Shown: in pieces, positions 12,688-26,280 of the stretch | Position numbering within the stretch: the first letter of the stretch is position 1 | How the letters are laid out: every line of letters begins with the position of its first letter | Source: Lytechinus pictus | Taxonomy: Eukaryota | Assembly: GCF_037042905.1 (NCBI RefSeq) | Contig: NC_087250.1 | Location: 5,272,001 to 5,336,000 of the forward strand | Length of the DNA stretch: 64,000 nucleotides | Direction: 5' to 3' | Translations under genes and position numbers: made by a program | Notes under the pieces: model-generated | Databases searched by the model: none | Told to the model about the DNA's origin: nothing | What the model saw: only the letters and a program-made list of their open reading frames with translations

Positions 12688-13207
12688 CCCGGGGGGGGGG
12701 GCACTCAGTATATAATGCATAGTGGGTATGTGCCGCGGAGGGGACCCCCATTTTTACACTCAAATTTCCGTTCCGAGGCATAGCATTTTTGTCTTACTGA
12801 GAAAAAGAACAAAAAATGCCGCTCCAGAGCATAGCATTTTCTTCTTCTCGAGAAAAAAGAAGAAATAAATCCGCTCCAGGGCTTTGCATATTTTCCGTTA
12901 CGCCGTTCCGGTCGCAATTTTGGTGAAAAGCGGCCGCAGCTCGCTGTCCGACCATCGCCTCTGCGCTAGCGCGCCCGTCAGTCGTGCCGTCGGGCTAGCG
13001 GCATGTACGTTCCATAGGGATGCATACGCACTCGCACGCAGGCGACCCGTTCCAAGGACCCCCGTTTTCACAAACATTTGTAGTTCCGAAGCCCGTTCCG
13101 AAGACCCTCCCTTTTTACAATGAGCCCGCTCCAAGGCCCCCGTTTTTTGTCTCGCCCGCGGCACACCCCTACCACTTTTTTGGTCGAGTGCCCCCCCCCC
13201 CCCCGGG
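12688..13207. mobile_element. GC-rich non-autonomous TIR element inserted in the R4/Dong-like element
   Basis: TIR CCCGGGGGGGGGGGCACTC / GAGTGCCCCCCCCCCCCCGGG with further subterminal inverted similarity (GTGCCGCG / CGCGGCAC). Confidence 0.8.
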
Positions 13208-13891
13208 CCCATCCCTCCTTATCTGAAGAGAATACCAATGGAGAAACTACTGATATAAACTCAGAAAGTCAACGATGTTATGAAGTTTATCAGCTCAGAC
13301 AGTATTGAGGATACTAGTGATCTCATATATGCTGGAGCAGTTCTGGTAACAGAGAGGTTAGGTGTAAGAAAACAGGAGAGCAAAAGGAATCACTGTCTAC
13401 CAACATGAAAAAGAAGGCTTGATAGTCGGATAAAGGGATGAAGGATAGACCTATCAAGACTGACAGAGATAAACCTTGGCAACGCAGAAATCAACAATTT
13501 TAAGTACCTTGAAGAGAAGTACAGTAACAGAAGGAAAGAAAATGAAGACCGTCGTGGAGGAACTAAAACACAACGAATAACAAGCACTACAGCAAAAGTA
13601 AAGAGGTACACCGATCGAGTGTCACAGTATAGACAAATTCCTTGTTTGAGAACATCCACAAGAGGTTCTACCAAGAAATTGATGGCAAGATAAAAGACGA
13701 AGTTCCACCACCAGATCAAGCTGCAACAATTGCCTTCTGGAGCAACATTTGGAGCCAAACACATAATCGCACCAAGAAGCTAGGTGGTTGAAAACAACGA
13801 ATTAAGAGGAATGTGCCACAATCGTTGCACAAGATGATCTGACAATCAATAAATTCAAGCTAGAAACGAACATTTGGAAAATGGCACAATG

Positions 13892-14739
13892 GAAAGCTGC
13901 CGGTCCAGACGGTGTGCAAACTTTCTGGATCAAAAGGTTTACAAATCTTCATGAAAGGCTGAGCTTGCAAATGAACGAAATTGTCGTGAATGGTAACCCC
14001 CCTGAATGGATGACAAAAGGAAGAACGGTTGTCATCCCAAATGATCCTACCAAAGGCAACATTCCATCACACTGCCGTCAAATTACCTGCTTTCCGATTC
14101 TCTGAAAGTTACTGACTGGCATAATATCACAAGAAATATGTCAACACCTGGACGATCAAGAGATACTTCCATGGGCATAGAAGGGATGTAGAAAAGGAAG
14201 TAGAGGAACAAAAGAACAAAAGAACAAAAGAACAACTATGCATCGACAAAGGCATTATGAAATACATCAAGAAAAGAAAAACAAACCTCGGAATGGCATG
14301 GATTGACTACAAGAAAGCTGCCGGTCCAGACGGTGTGCAAACTTTCTGGATCAAAAGGTTTACAAATCTTCATGAAAGGCTGAGCTTGCAAATGAACGAA
14401 ATTGTCGTGAATGGTAACCCCCCTGAATGGATGACAAAAGGAAGAACGGTTGTCATCCCAAATGATCCTACCAAAGGCAACATTCCATCATACTGCCGTC
14501 CAATTACCTGCTTTCCGATTCTCTGAAAGTTACTGACTGGCATAATATCACAAGAAATATGTCAACACCTGGACGATCAAGAGATACTTCCATGGGCATA
14601 GAAGGGATGTAGAAAAGGAAGTAGAGGAACAAAAGAACAAAAGAACAAAAGAACAACTATGCATCGACAAAGGCATTATGAAATACATCAAGAAAAGAAA
14701 AACAAACCTCGGAATGGCATGGATTGACTACAAGAAAGC
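13892..14739 (+). repeat. 421-bp tandem duplication inside the R4/Dong-like RT
   Basis: 13892-14312 is repeated at 14313-14733, with GAAAGC at all three junction points. Confidence 0.93.
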
Positions 14740-17332
14740 ACACGACATGGTTCCGCACTCCTGGATCATCGAGTATAATCGGGTAGCAGACATCAGAAGG
14801 CTCCTCATTACAAGTATAACGAGATGGAGAACTAAGTTGGAAAGTGATGGCGAAGTGCTTAGAGAGGTTGCTATTTGTGATGGCAATAACACCATTAGCT
14901 AATGTGCTCAGAACATCCAGGCTAGGATATGAGTTCAAGAGCAAAGCAAAAATCAACCATCTGTTATACATGGACGATTTGAAGCTGTTTGGTAAGACAG
15001 AAATTGATTTAGAGTCTCTCATCAACACAGTGTGGATCTTCAGCGAAGACGTCGGTATGCAGTTTGGGTTGGATAAATGTGCAATGATTACTTAAGCCAG
15101 CCAATGACAACATCTTCCAAATGCCGAACAGAAAAGAGATCAGATCAATCAAAGACGGTGGTAGCTATAAATATCTCGGAATACTATAGGCAGATCAGTT
15201 GAAACATAAAGAAATGGAGAAGAAGATTGAGGCAGAGTATATCAGGCGAATTCTGAAGGTGCTCAAATCCAAACTAAATGCTGGAAACATGAAGAAGGCT
15301 GTTAACACTTGGGCAGTAGCCCTAGTGAGATATGCCGCTGGCATAGTTGAATGGAACAAGCTTGAACTCGAACAAATTACCGAAGAGCCAAAGTTGAAAA
15401 GGAGCACACATCTCCCTCAGGTAGAATGTGTCATGACAAAGACGAAACGGTAACTCATCTGGTGGGTGAATGCAGCAAAATGGCACAGACTGAGTATAAA
15501 GGAAGGCACGACAGAGTAGCAGCTGCAGTTCACTGGGGTCTGGCCAAGAGGTACCATTTATCCCATGCAGAAAAATGGTACGAACATCGGGCAAAGCCTG
15601 TAGTAGAGAACGATGGTGTACAACTCTTACATGTCTTATGGGATTTTAATGTCCGGACAGACAAGATTGTTGAAGCTAGACGACCAGACATCGTTCTCTT
15701 AAGAAGAGGGGAAGGAACGTCTCATCATAGCTTATTATGATCGTCATTATTATTATTCTAATTACAAGCAGAAGCTCTTATTAAAAATGACATCAGCTCC
15801 GATACAAATCCTATTATCTGGTGGTTACTCGCACGCGACCAAAACACTTAATCCCCTGGGTCCTTAAACCATTTGCTTAGGCAGCAATTGTTCAGATAAA
15901 ATCGAAATTAAGCCTATGCTTGATCCGGGTGCCTATTCTTCATGTTAACAATGCAATACATGCTTTGGCCACAACACACACATTTATCATCGTTCGTTAT
16001 TCTTATTATTGCATAATATCCTATTATCTTGCAAAGACAACACCGTTCTTTCATTTTCGGAAATACGAACCTTATTCAATTTTCGGATAAACGAACCTCA
16101 TTTCGTTTTCGGATTAACGAACCATCGGAATTACGAACCTCATTTCGTTTTCAGATTAACGAACCTTATTTGAATTGAAGGCCCCTTTAATACTCATCAT
16201 CTCTACTCACCGACTCAAGCCAGCATCTCCTCATCCATCCTACTACTCAAGCTACTTTTTCAACTCATCAATCTCTTCTGGTTTACAGTCCTTTTCAGGA
16301 CTACATTCAAGAAAGAATACTTTACTCTCAAATCTCCACTTTCTCGCCTATCCAATTCCCTTTTCTTCTTCTACCCACTATATCTACTTCACTCCACATG
16401 GCGTACCGTAAACCACATCAGCGACTGTACATACCACCATGCAAACCTTCAAACAACATCCGAACCTCATTTCGTTTTCGGACTAACGAACCTTCGGAAT
16501 TACGAACCTCATTTCGTTTTCGGATTAACGAAAATTCGGAACTACGAACCTTATTTCGTTTTCGGATTAATGAAACTTCGGAATTACGAACCTTTGGCAA
16601 TACGAACATACGAATTATGAATGTATTTGGCTTCGAGGAGTGGGGGGGGGGGGCTCTGTTGCTGTTCAGTTCTTATGAGGATTTGGAGGCAAAAAGAAAG
16701 CTGGGAGGAGGAGCAAAGTAGAGCAAATGAGAACGAATCCTTTTTAAGTGATTTATGATTATGGTAAAATGTCTATATATGCTTCAATTTTCGCGAGAGA
16801 GTGTTACGAGCGGGCGGTTTTGAAAAAAAACCCTCAAAGTTGAAGTTGTAAAATCTGATTTTGGTTAGTTACTTGTAAATTAATGTTAAAAGGGCATCCT
16901 TGGGAGGTGTTGCGAGCGCGAATCGTAAGCTCAAACTTTTTGACATTTCAATAAGAAATGAAAATAAAACATTCTGAGTAGTTTTTGCTATCATTAAAAA
17001 AATGTGCATCTAACTCAAAAATTAACACGAGCGCGAAGTGCGAGCTGAAATATAATGACCAGAAAAGGAAGGTCTGTAAAGGGCTGCGTTTTTACATCGA
17101 ATAATGCAAGTGCTAAGCGCGAGCCCAAAATATATTCCAGCCTGAAAACTGGAGATTTTAAGCCTTATTATAACCAGAAACGGTGAGTACCTTGCTAAAC
17201 AATAACTGATAACATTAACCCCACCCCACCCCCCAAAACAAAAAAAAAAAAAAAATCATTTTAAAATGTATACTTTCAAAGGGGGTATTTTCATTTAAAA
17301 AAACGTCACATTTCATTTTAGGTGCGTACATA

Positions 17333-18319
17333 CAATGCGAATTAAAAAAAGGTTTACACTCAGAAAAAATCTTGTAAAATTATATGTTTATAATATCCTG
17401 AAGATCTTTCCATATTTTAACATTGGTACAGATCCATTTTAGCAAATGACGATATAACTGTCGAAGAATATTTCCGCTTGAGTGAGCACCACTTACTTTT
17501 GAAAAGTTAGTGAAAAATGATTTGTGCAGAACTCTGAAATAGTTATGCGAATAAAAGTAGACCTTAATCATGAAGAACATGTAGAATTTAGCTAGTAAAT
17601 TGATTTGATGATATCTTATACCTATTTCAAATCGTTTCCTTGCCCAAAACACTCCGAAGAGTGCACTGCGCCACACCCCACTCCCCCACACCGAGGCCAT
17701 CGTGGCGATATTTGCTTTACACTGAGCTGTGATTTACATGAAATGGTTTAGGTCTCATTTTCATTGTAAATCATTGTCAAGCTTAGGAAAAATGTGGAGA
17801 AACAATTATTAATTGAAAAATGCAATGTAAATGATACAAACTTAGTGAAAAAATGCTGGAGATGTCTGATACATGAATAAGCTTGTGTTCAGATCCAGTT
17901 ATGTCCTCAGATCCAGTTGGCATAAAAAAAAAAAGGGGTAAAGGTAGTGCTTTAATACCAAGTGTTGAAATTTCAATTTGGGTGGCAAATTCGTTACAAA
18001 ATGCTTGAATGTATCGGTTTTATTTCAATTGACTAAAAGTGGAAGGGAAATCTATGATAAATGTTCGCAGCGTAAGTTTGATTTCGCCCTTTCCCTTTTA
18101 CACAGCAAGAAAACAAGCATTTCTGCGCAAACATATTTCTGCGAGCTTTACAAAAGTGGATAATGTTCACTCAAGTGTAACATTCTGTCAAAACTTATAC
18201 TTTCATTCGATAGATGAGACCCAAACCTAAGATTATATGTGAAAAAATTACCCACATGTTGTATATTTTTTAATTCCCAGAGCTTTTTCAAAGTGTAAAC
18301 TTTTTTTTGATACGCACTG
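17333..18319. mobile_element. Tc1/mariner-like non-autonomous element, TA TSD
   Basis: TIR CA(A/G)TGCG.AT.AAAAAAA.GTTTACAC / GTGTAAAC...GATACGCACTG with TA flanks; second copy at 39001-39603. Confidence 0.85.
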
Positions 18320-19185
18320 TATACTGATGTGGATCGAGCTTTCGCCAATAAGGGGGGGGGGGGGGGGGGGGGGGCTTCATTTCCCATTTTTCCCGATCGG
18401 CTGATTTATAATAAACAAGATAAACAAGATTGTATCTCATAATCCCTGACTGAATATTGCAAACGTGAGAAGCCAAGCTAAATCTTTATCGAAATTTTAG
18501 TTTTTTTTTCCTAAAAATTGAACATTCTGAGCAATGTTTGTGATTATGCAGAAGACGCCTATGGAACTAAGTAATTACTTTGAGCGCGAAGTGCGTGCTG
18601 AAATTTTAGATTAACTGTCATGAAGAGGGGTTTTAAGTAGTTTGTTAGAAGTCATTATAGAAGTAGGCTATGCAAATTAATGAAAGTACGAGCACACAGC
18701 GCTAGCTGATAAGTTTTGACGATCAGACCTGAAAAGAATTATTTTGAGAACTTAATGGAACACATGAATATAATATTTTTAAACGAAACCTTATTTAATT
18801 TCGGACTAAGGAACCTTCGGATTAACGAACTTAATTTCGTTTTAGGACTAACGAACCTTCGGAATTACGAATCTTATTTCGTTTTAGGACTAGCGAACCT
18901 TCGATATTACGAACGTTCGGAATTATGAACCTTCGGAATAACGAACCTCCGAAATATTCATGATATTCGAACCTTCGGAATAACGAAGCGTCGGAATTTA
19001 AAATGTATGCGGTTTATTACGGTTACTTACGGTTTATTCCATTCTAAAAATTAATTGGTTGGAAAGACCATGTCAATTGCTTGACATTGGTATCCTTATT
19101 TTTACACAGAACTTAGGATCAGAGGAAGAAAATGTCGCAAAAGAACTACTTGCTTGTAAATACGGTTTCAAGAGCGACTTAGATT

Positions 19186-19721
19186 GGTTACACTTCGTAA
19201 TTCCGAAGGTTCGTAATTCCAAAGGTTCTTTATTCCGAAGGTTCGTCATTCCGAAACACGTAAATTGCCTATACCTCGATGTACGTTAATCCGAAAACTT
19301 AAAAGGGTTCGTTAATCCGAAAATTTGTGGCGTTATACCGAAGGTCCGTTATTCCGAAAACGAAATAAGGTTCGTTGTTCCGAAGGTTCGATAATCCGAA
19401 AACGAAATAAGGTTCGATGTTCCGAAGGTTCGTTAGTCCGAAAACAAAGTGAGGTTCGTAATTCCGAAGGTTCGTTAATCCGAAAACGAAATAAGGTTCG
19501 TTGTTCTGAAGGTTCGTTAGTCCGAAAACGAAATAAGGTTCGTTAATCATTACGTTTTCGGACTAACGAACTTTCGGAATTACGAACCTCATTTCGTTTT
19601 CGGATTAAGGAACCTTCAGAATTACGAATCTCACTTTGTTTTCGGACTAACGAACCTTCGGAATTACGAACCTCATTTTGTTTTCAAACTAATGAACCTC
19701 CGGAATTACGAATACATGCGC
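19186..19721. mobile_element. Foldback MITE built from GAAGGTTCG subrepeats
   Basis: Subrepeats run forward to about 19548 and are then reverse-complemented; ends TTCGTAATTCCG / CGGAATTACGAA. Confidence 0.78.
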
Positions 19722-20061
19722 TTAGATTTTCCCTGTACAAAAATGCCATAGGGGAAAGCGATACAACATTTTGACTAACCGCGATTCCAGTTCACGCGAT
19801 CAGTCAAAACGTCGTATGGCTTTTCACGTGGAAAGTCAATGCAGTGACAAGTGCCGATACGACGGTTTGGTTGATCGCTCGCGTTGAATTCGCGGTCAGT
19901 CAACATGGTCAAAACGTCGCATCGCACTGTTACAGTACATGTTTTCATTGGGATTTGAGCATTTTACTAAAATTTGCATAACTTCGCCGTGAAAGTCCCC
20001 TCATATCTCAAAAACTAAAATCAATTTGCTGCATAGAAATTTAGCTATGGATAGCTACACT

Positions 20062-20434
20062 TACACTTCGTAATTCCGAAGGTTCGTCATTCCGAAGATT
20101 CGATAATCCGAAAACGAAATAAGGTTCGATGTTCCGAAGGTTCGTTAGTCCGAAAACGAAATAAGCTTCGTTGTTCTGAAGGTTCGTTAAACCGAAAACG
20201 AGGTACGTAAGTTCGAAAACGAAATAAGGTTCGTTAATCATTTAGTTTTTAGACTAAAAAACCTTCGGAATTACGAACCTCATTTCGTTTTCGGATTAAC
20301 GAACCTTCGGAATTACGAACCTCATTTCTTTTTCGGACTAACGAACCTTCGGAATTACGAACCTTCGGAAATACGAACCATCGGGATAACGAACCTTCGA
20401 AATAACGCAGCTTCGGAATTACGAATGTATGCGG
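20062..20434. mobile_element. Second foldback MITE of the GAAGGTTCG family
   Basis: Same architecture, with the orientation switch at about 20240. Confidence 0.78.
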
Positions 20435-20594
20435 AATAAAATAGGAATTGTACTTTCATTTTCTGCAAAAATCTTTTTTGACAAAAATTGACTGATTAAC
20501 GCCGACGAATTATTTGTATGTTATATTACATTGATTTATAATATGAAACTCATATTACATTGTGTACCACCTTGTACTGAATAGATTAAATTAA

Positions 20595-22089
20595 AGGAAT
20601 TATCCAGGCTGGAAATATATCTCAATAAGTACAGTAAAGTTCACAGAGCAAAATGCTGAAAATTTGATCAAAATCGGATAAGTAATAACGGAATTATTGA
20701 ATTTTAAAGATTTGCATTATTCCGGTGAAACATAAATATTCATTAGATGGGCTGATAATATCCCAACTTGTTCTATTGCATTTTATTATGGGAAGTCAGG
20801 TTTATTCAAAAATTTTCCACCAAGAACTAAAACGATTGGATTGACAACTAATTAAGTACATTAGCTATTTAGTGCCGCAACTTATTTCATCAAAATGGAG
20901 ACACATAATATACACACGTATGAAAAATTTCAACATTTCTGATTTCATGTAATAACATAAGAAAAAAATAAAGTGGAGATGTGACATCATCAGCTGTTAC
21001 GATACTGCAACAAATAACAAGGATATATTTTTGAATTCAGATGTGATTTCCTCTTTTTTTATTACAGGAAATTAATTATACATTTACAATCATAAATAAA
21101 ACATAAATGAATATTGATCTTACGTCTCTTGAGATTGCGATAATAATCCAAAGTAAAATCCAGTATTTAATCCAAGTTGGCTGGCGAAGATAAGTTCACA
21201 ATGATAGCGATGATGAAACTGATTTTGAAGCACGATGAATAACAAGAGTCACTGTAACGAGTTGAAATGTCCGGGTAGACGATGTTGATGATGATTAACA
21301 GTCAATTTCAGCAATCCATGGGTTGAAAAGTGTTCATTAATCAGGTTGATGATCTCGATGAGAACTGAGAATTCCTCTTTCAAAATAACTGCAAACAGTT
21401 CATTGATGGCGTACAAATAATACCACAGAAGATAAATATTCCAGGTGGAAATAAACTCAGCTCTGACATAAAGTCTGGCGTGAAACTCTAAATTCTGATC
21501 TGATATGAAGTGGTCTAATATTATGAAGTGATCTGGTACGATGATGTCTTTGAAGAAACTGCAGTTTATATACGAATTACAACTATTCTAGAACCTTCTA
21601 GTATTGTCTTTGAAAAGAACGTTCTCCTTCTTTCAAAAACATTATTGAATGACCTCAGTGAAATTAACATGTTAATAAAATAGCTAAGCCTATTGTCCTT
21701 TTCGCTGCAGGCAGTCTATTGTGTAGCAATCTATTGTTTAGCAGTCTGTATTGTCTCTCTTGGGACATTCAAGGAATAACAAAGACTATTCGAAGATTAG
21801 TGTCCAACAAAGCTGTAATGGAACATTCATGATCATTCTATATATATCCTTAAAGAGAAGATCACTAAATGAATGTAATTGCTCTTACAATGTTTTTTAT
21901 ATGTAACACAGCCAACTTAATGAATATTCATGACGATGTGCATATAAATGTTTTCACCAAATATTGATAAACTTTAAAATTTAATAACTACATTATTTGT
22001 CATCCGATTTTGATGAAATTTTCAACATCTTGCTTCGTTAATTTTACTCTATTTATTTAGATATAAACATTTCAGCCCAGACGATCCTT
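20595..22089. mobile_element. TTAA-flanked non-autonomous DNA element (Kolobok-like AGG ends) hosting a solo LTR
   Basis: TTAA-AGGAATTATCCAGGCTG ... CAGCCCAGACGATCCT-TTAA. Confidence 0.6.
20995..21908 (-). mobile_element. Solo LTR (Gypsy-type), 914 bp
   Basis: TGTTAC...GTAACA termini and exact 4-bp TSD CAGC. Orientation inferred from a minus-strand AATAAA near 21058. Confidence 0.85.
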
Positions 22090-22273
22090 TTAATAAAAAA
22101 ATATAAATAAATATCTTAAAAACATAACATAATGTATTGGTTTCGAGAATCTTGTTTTGAACGTCTTGCCATAAGATTATCGGCATGCACTGACCAAGTC
22201 GTGTGCCAGCCCCTTGATTGAAAATCGAGGATAAAATGTGTTCAGTTGATGTTGTATTCATGGTGCTTTCATG

Positions 22274-22540
22274 CATAGGCGGTGGAAGCGGGGACGGGGG
22301 GGGGGGGGGGGAGGGACAGGTCCCCCCTAATATTGAAGTGGGGGACGGTCCTCCCCCAAAATTGTTTGTTGATAACCTTTTTTTTTTTGCTTGTCAATTT
22401 TGTTTCTGTTCCCCCCTAAAATTAAGGTTGATAACCTTTGTTTTTCTTTCTTTTTTGCTTGTCAAAATGTTTGTTTACCTGTGTCCATCACAAAATTTCA
22501 GGTGGACCCACCCTAAATTTTTGGGCTTCCGCCGCCAGTG
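22274..22540. mobile_element. hAT-like MITE with 8-bp TSD CTTTCATG
   Basis: TIR CATAGGCGGTGGAAGC / GCTTCCGCCGCCAGTG, exact TSD; same family as 36967-37240. Confidence 0.9.
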
Positions 22541-22548
22541 CTTTCATG

Positions 22549-25362
22549 TAACAAGTGAAGCGCCCCTGGCGGTCTCACCTGCATCGCGCGATTCATTATA
22601 GCAGCAGTGCTGACCTTGAAAACTACTATTGACTAATTATTCACAAAAATACCATTCACGTTCATGGACAATAAATGACATTTGACCTTGATCATGCGAC
22701 ATAAGACTTCTCAGTGATACTCGATTACCCCTTTATCCACATTTTATAAATTATATCTATGAATATTGAAAGTTACGACAGCAACCTCCAAAATGGCTAA
22801 AGTTCAATGACCTTAAATGACATAAGACTTGAGTCATGTGACCTTAAATTCGAATGAGATGTTCATTAATACTTGATTACGCTTATGACCAAGTTTCATG
22901 AATCTGTTTCTTAAACTTTCAAAGCTATTATGGTAATTCGACAGAAACCCCCATTATGGCCAAAGTTCATTGACCTTTAACCTTGGTCATGTGACCTAAA
23001 ATGCGCACAGGATATTCAGTGATACTTGATTACTCTTCTGTCCAAGTTTTATGAACTAGACCAACACACTTTCAAAGTTATGATGGTAATTCAACAAATA
23101 TCCGCAATTTGGCCAAAGTTCATTGACCCTAAATGACCTTTGACCTTGATCATGTGACCTGAAACTTGCACAAGATCTTCAGTAATACTTGATTACTATT
23201 ATGTCCAAGTTTCATGAATCAGATTCATAAACTTGCAAAGTTATGATGGTAATTCAACAGATACCCCAAATTCGGCCAAAGTTCATTGACCCTAAATGAC
23301 CTTTGACCTTGGTCATGTGACGTGAAACTCATGCAGGACGTTCAGTGATACTTGATTAACCTTATGTATAAATTTCATGAGCTAGGTCCATATAATAGTT
23401 ATGACATTTCAAAAACTTAACCTTAGGTTAAGATTTTGATGTTGATTCCCCCAACATGGTCTAAGTTCATTGACCTTACATGACCTTTGACCTTGATCAT
23501 GTGACCTGAAACTCGCACAGGATTTTCAGTGATACTTGATTACTTTTATGTCCAAGTTTCACGAGTCAGCTTCATAAACTCTCAAGGTTATGATGGTAAT
23601 TCAACAGAAACCCCCATTATGGCCAAAGTTCATTGACCTTTGACCTTGGTCATGTGACCTAAAATGCGCATAGGATGTTCAGTGATACTTGATTACTCTT
23701 ATGTCCAAGTTTTATGAACTAGACCAACACACTTTCAAAGTTATGATGGTAATTCAACAAATATCCGCAATTTGGCCAAAGTTCATTGACCCTAAATGAC
23801 CTTTCAGTTTCAGTTTCAGTTTCAGTTTGGTTTATTTTCATATCTCATACAATATCAAATTCACTGTACAATGTAACGTCCAGACTGTAAATCATTGATA
23901 ATAAAATAATACAATACATCACCATAATTCATAATAAATCAGACAAATGTTATACAATTGAACGTTTGGATTGGAGACAGATATATCAATAAGATGAGAA
24001 TATGAAGGGCAAACTATTTAAAAAGCAGAGCTTGTAATTTATAGTTTCCCTAATAATTAAATATAAGTAATTGTCAACTTGTTTTAATATCAATATGTAA
24101 AAAAAAAAAACGAGAGAAAGGAAACAAAAAGAAAAAAAAATACAAAGGGAGGTGGACTGACAATAATTAAGAGGAACACTTGTCTAGGGAGCCGATGAAT
24201 TGTCATTTAGATATTTGTTTCAAATATAAATTTTCAATTTACGTTTAAAAGTATATATAGAATTGCAATCTTTGAAGTCTGTTAGTAGATCATTCCAAAA
24301 TAATGGACCTGTGACAATAATTGTTTTATGTGAAAAGGCTGTACGAGTACGTGGAAGATGATAATAATGACTTTGACGAGTAGGATAACTGTGAATCTCG
24401 TCATTTCTTCTAAATAGAGAAGATACGGTAATAGGTAATTCTTTTCTTGAGAGTTGAAACATAAATATTCCAAGGTTAAATGCATAAAGATCATGAATTT
24501 GTAGAACATTACATGAATAAAAGAGTGGCATAGAATGAGCCCGGTAACTTGCATTATTAATAATTCTTATTAGTCTTTTTTGGATAAGTAAAATTTTATT
24601 GATATGAAGTTTTGAACTGTTCCCCCAAGAAAGGATACCGTAATTTAAATACGGCAAAACTAGGGTGGAGTATAAACATAACAAGACACGGGTTGGAAAA
24701 GATGACTTAAGTTTGCAGATGACACCAGTATTTCTGGATATAATTTTACTAATGTGATTAATGTGGGCTTTCCAAGTTAATTTACTGTCGATATATACGC
24801 CAAGAAATTTTGTCGTGTCAACCTTTACAAGAGGTGTGCTGTTTAAAAATACCTTTGACCTTGATCATGTGACCTGAGACTTGCACAAGATCTTCAGTAA
24901 TACTTGATTACTATTATGTCTAAGTTTCATGAATCAGATTCATAAACTTGCAAAGTTATGATGGTAATTCAACAGATACCCCAAATTCGGCCAAAGTTCA
25001 TTGACCCTAAATTACATTTGACCTTGGTCATGTGATGTGAAACTCATGCAGGATTTTCGATGATACTTGATTAACCTTATGTATAAATTTCATAAACTAG
25101 GTCCATATAATAGTTATGATGACATTTCAAAAACTTAACCTTAGGTTAAGATTTTGATGTTGATTCCCCCAATATGGTCTAAGTTCATTGACCCTAAATG
25201 ACCTATGACCTTAGTCATGTGACATGAAACTCAAGCAGGATGGTCAGTAATACTTGATTAACCTTATGGCTAAATTTCATGAACTAGGTCTATATACTTT
25301 TTAAGTTATGCTGTCATTTCAAAAACTTAAGCTCATGTTAAGATTTGGTGTTGACGCTGCCG
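22549..25362 (+). repeat. Element with internal tandem array of about 120-bp units (TGACCTTTGACCTTGGTCATGTGACC), resembling Helitron/Helentron-derived satellite-bearing elements
   Basis: Unique head AACAAGTGAAGCGCCCCTGGCGG, then more than a dozen diverged units. Interrupted by a LINE at 23805-24850 and cut off at 25363. Confidence 0.75.
23805..24850 (-). mobile_element. 5'-truncated CR1/L2-group LINE with TSD ACCTTT
   Basis: Open frame 24849-24220 (KFLGVYIDSKLTW..HI, LYSTLVLPYLNYG..WG, QKR.IRII, GP.FWN.L), (ACTGAA)n tail and 6-bp TSD. Confidence 0.9.
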
Positions 25363-26280
25363 CACAGTGGGCCGGGGTGAAACAAAAGCGCGCCAAAAGT
25401 CATTTTGGGCAATTTTTAATTTTTGTCATGCCCAGCTGAAAGATAACACTTTGAAGAATACTTCAGCAAAATATTTCATTCCGGAATTAGCATAAAGGTT
25501 GTTAATTTCCTAGCTCAAATCGTAAAATGTGACATTTTGCGAAATGTCGCGTGTATGACAACCTAGTTGAAAACGGGCAATTTCACAAGAAGTTTTTCAT
25601 TTAGGAATCTGAAATGGCTCACACATAATCCTGATATATTCTTTTTTCGTGTGAAGGGTTCAAAGTAGATAAAAGACACCTTTCAGGAGGTTTATAGGAT
25701 GATTATTCCTCGAAATAGGCTGAAAATCCATGTTTTTTTGCATTTACATTAGAAAAGTTTTGATTTCCGTGAGTTTCCGTCTAAATTTTATAAGCAACAT
25801 TTTTTCCGATGTCTAAGCCTTAAACCGATACCAAATTTAGCTGCCCGTTTTTGCCTTTTTCATGTTAGAGCCGATTTAACTTGACACAACACCCCCAAAA
25901 ACCTGTTCAAAACGGTCATTTTTATACCGCGCAGTCATCGTAGCGCATCGTATGGGTGTACATTGCAGTTCGCTTTTGCACAGCGAGGACGATTCCCCTT
26001 CCATTCAATGAAAATGACATGAATTCCGGGCATAGTGTAAACAAAATAAAGGTTGCTAACGCAAATAAGGGCTATACCAACAATTCTTCCAGAGACAATA
26101 AACAGCAAATTAAGACAATTCTGCACCATGTCGGTTCAAGGAAATAACAACAAAGATGTTATTCTTACAATGAGTAAATTAGCACTAATTGGTTCATACG
26201 TAATCTACAATGCAAAGAGTGAACCACAGAGGGCCGACATGACACTTCTTCACTAATTCTCATTCTGAATTTCCCCATTA
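25363..26280 (+). mobile_element. Left part of a probable Transib-like DNA transposon with an RSS-like terminus
   Basis: Begins abruptly with CACAGTG after GC-rich TGCCG, then a 12-nt spacer and ACAAAAGCG. No right end found, so the extent is uncertain. Confidence 0.55.

Larger units (their letters stand above)
12122..15740 (+). mobile_element. Decayed R4/Dong-like non-LTR retrotransposon (RT, zinc knuckle, restriction-like endonuclease start)
   Basis: Fragments KAAGPDGV..FWIK, RPITC, AWIDYKKAHDMVPHSWI, NHLLYMDDLKLF, RMC..ETVTHLVGEC, RHD, WDF..RRPDIV, with many stops, frameshifts and deletions. Confidence 0.88.

Noticed and set aside
16175..16450. Pyrimidine-rich segment possibly from a LINE 3' coding region
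   Set aside because: No diagnostic motif could be read with confidence.
10651..20434. GAAGGTTCG/CCGAAAAC arrays as a CRISPR-like array or coding repeats
   Set aside because: There are no unique spacers or cas genes, the context is eukaryotic, and the units are contiguous subrepeats of MITE arms.
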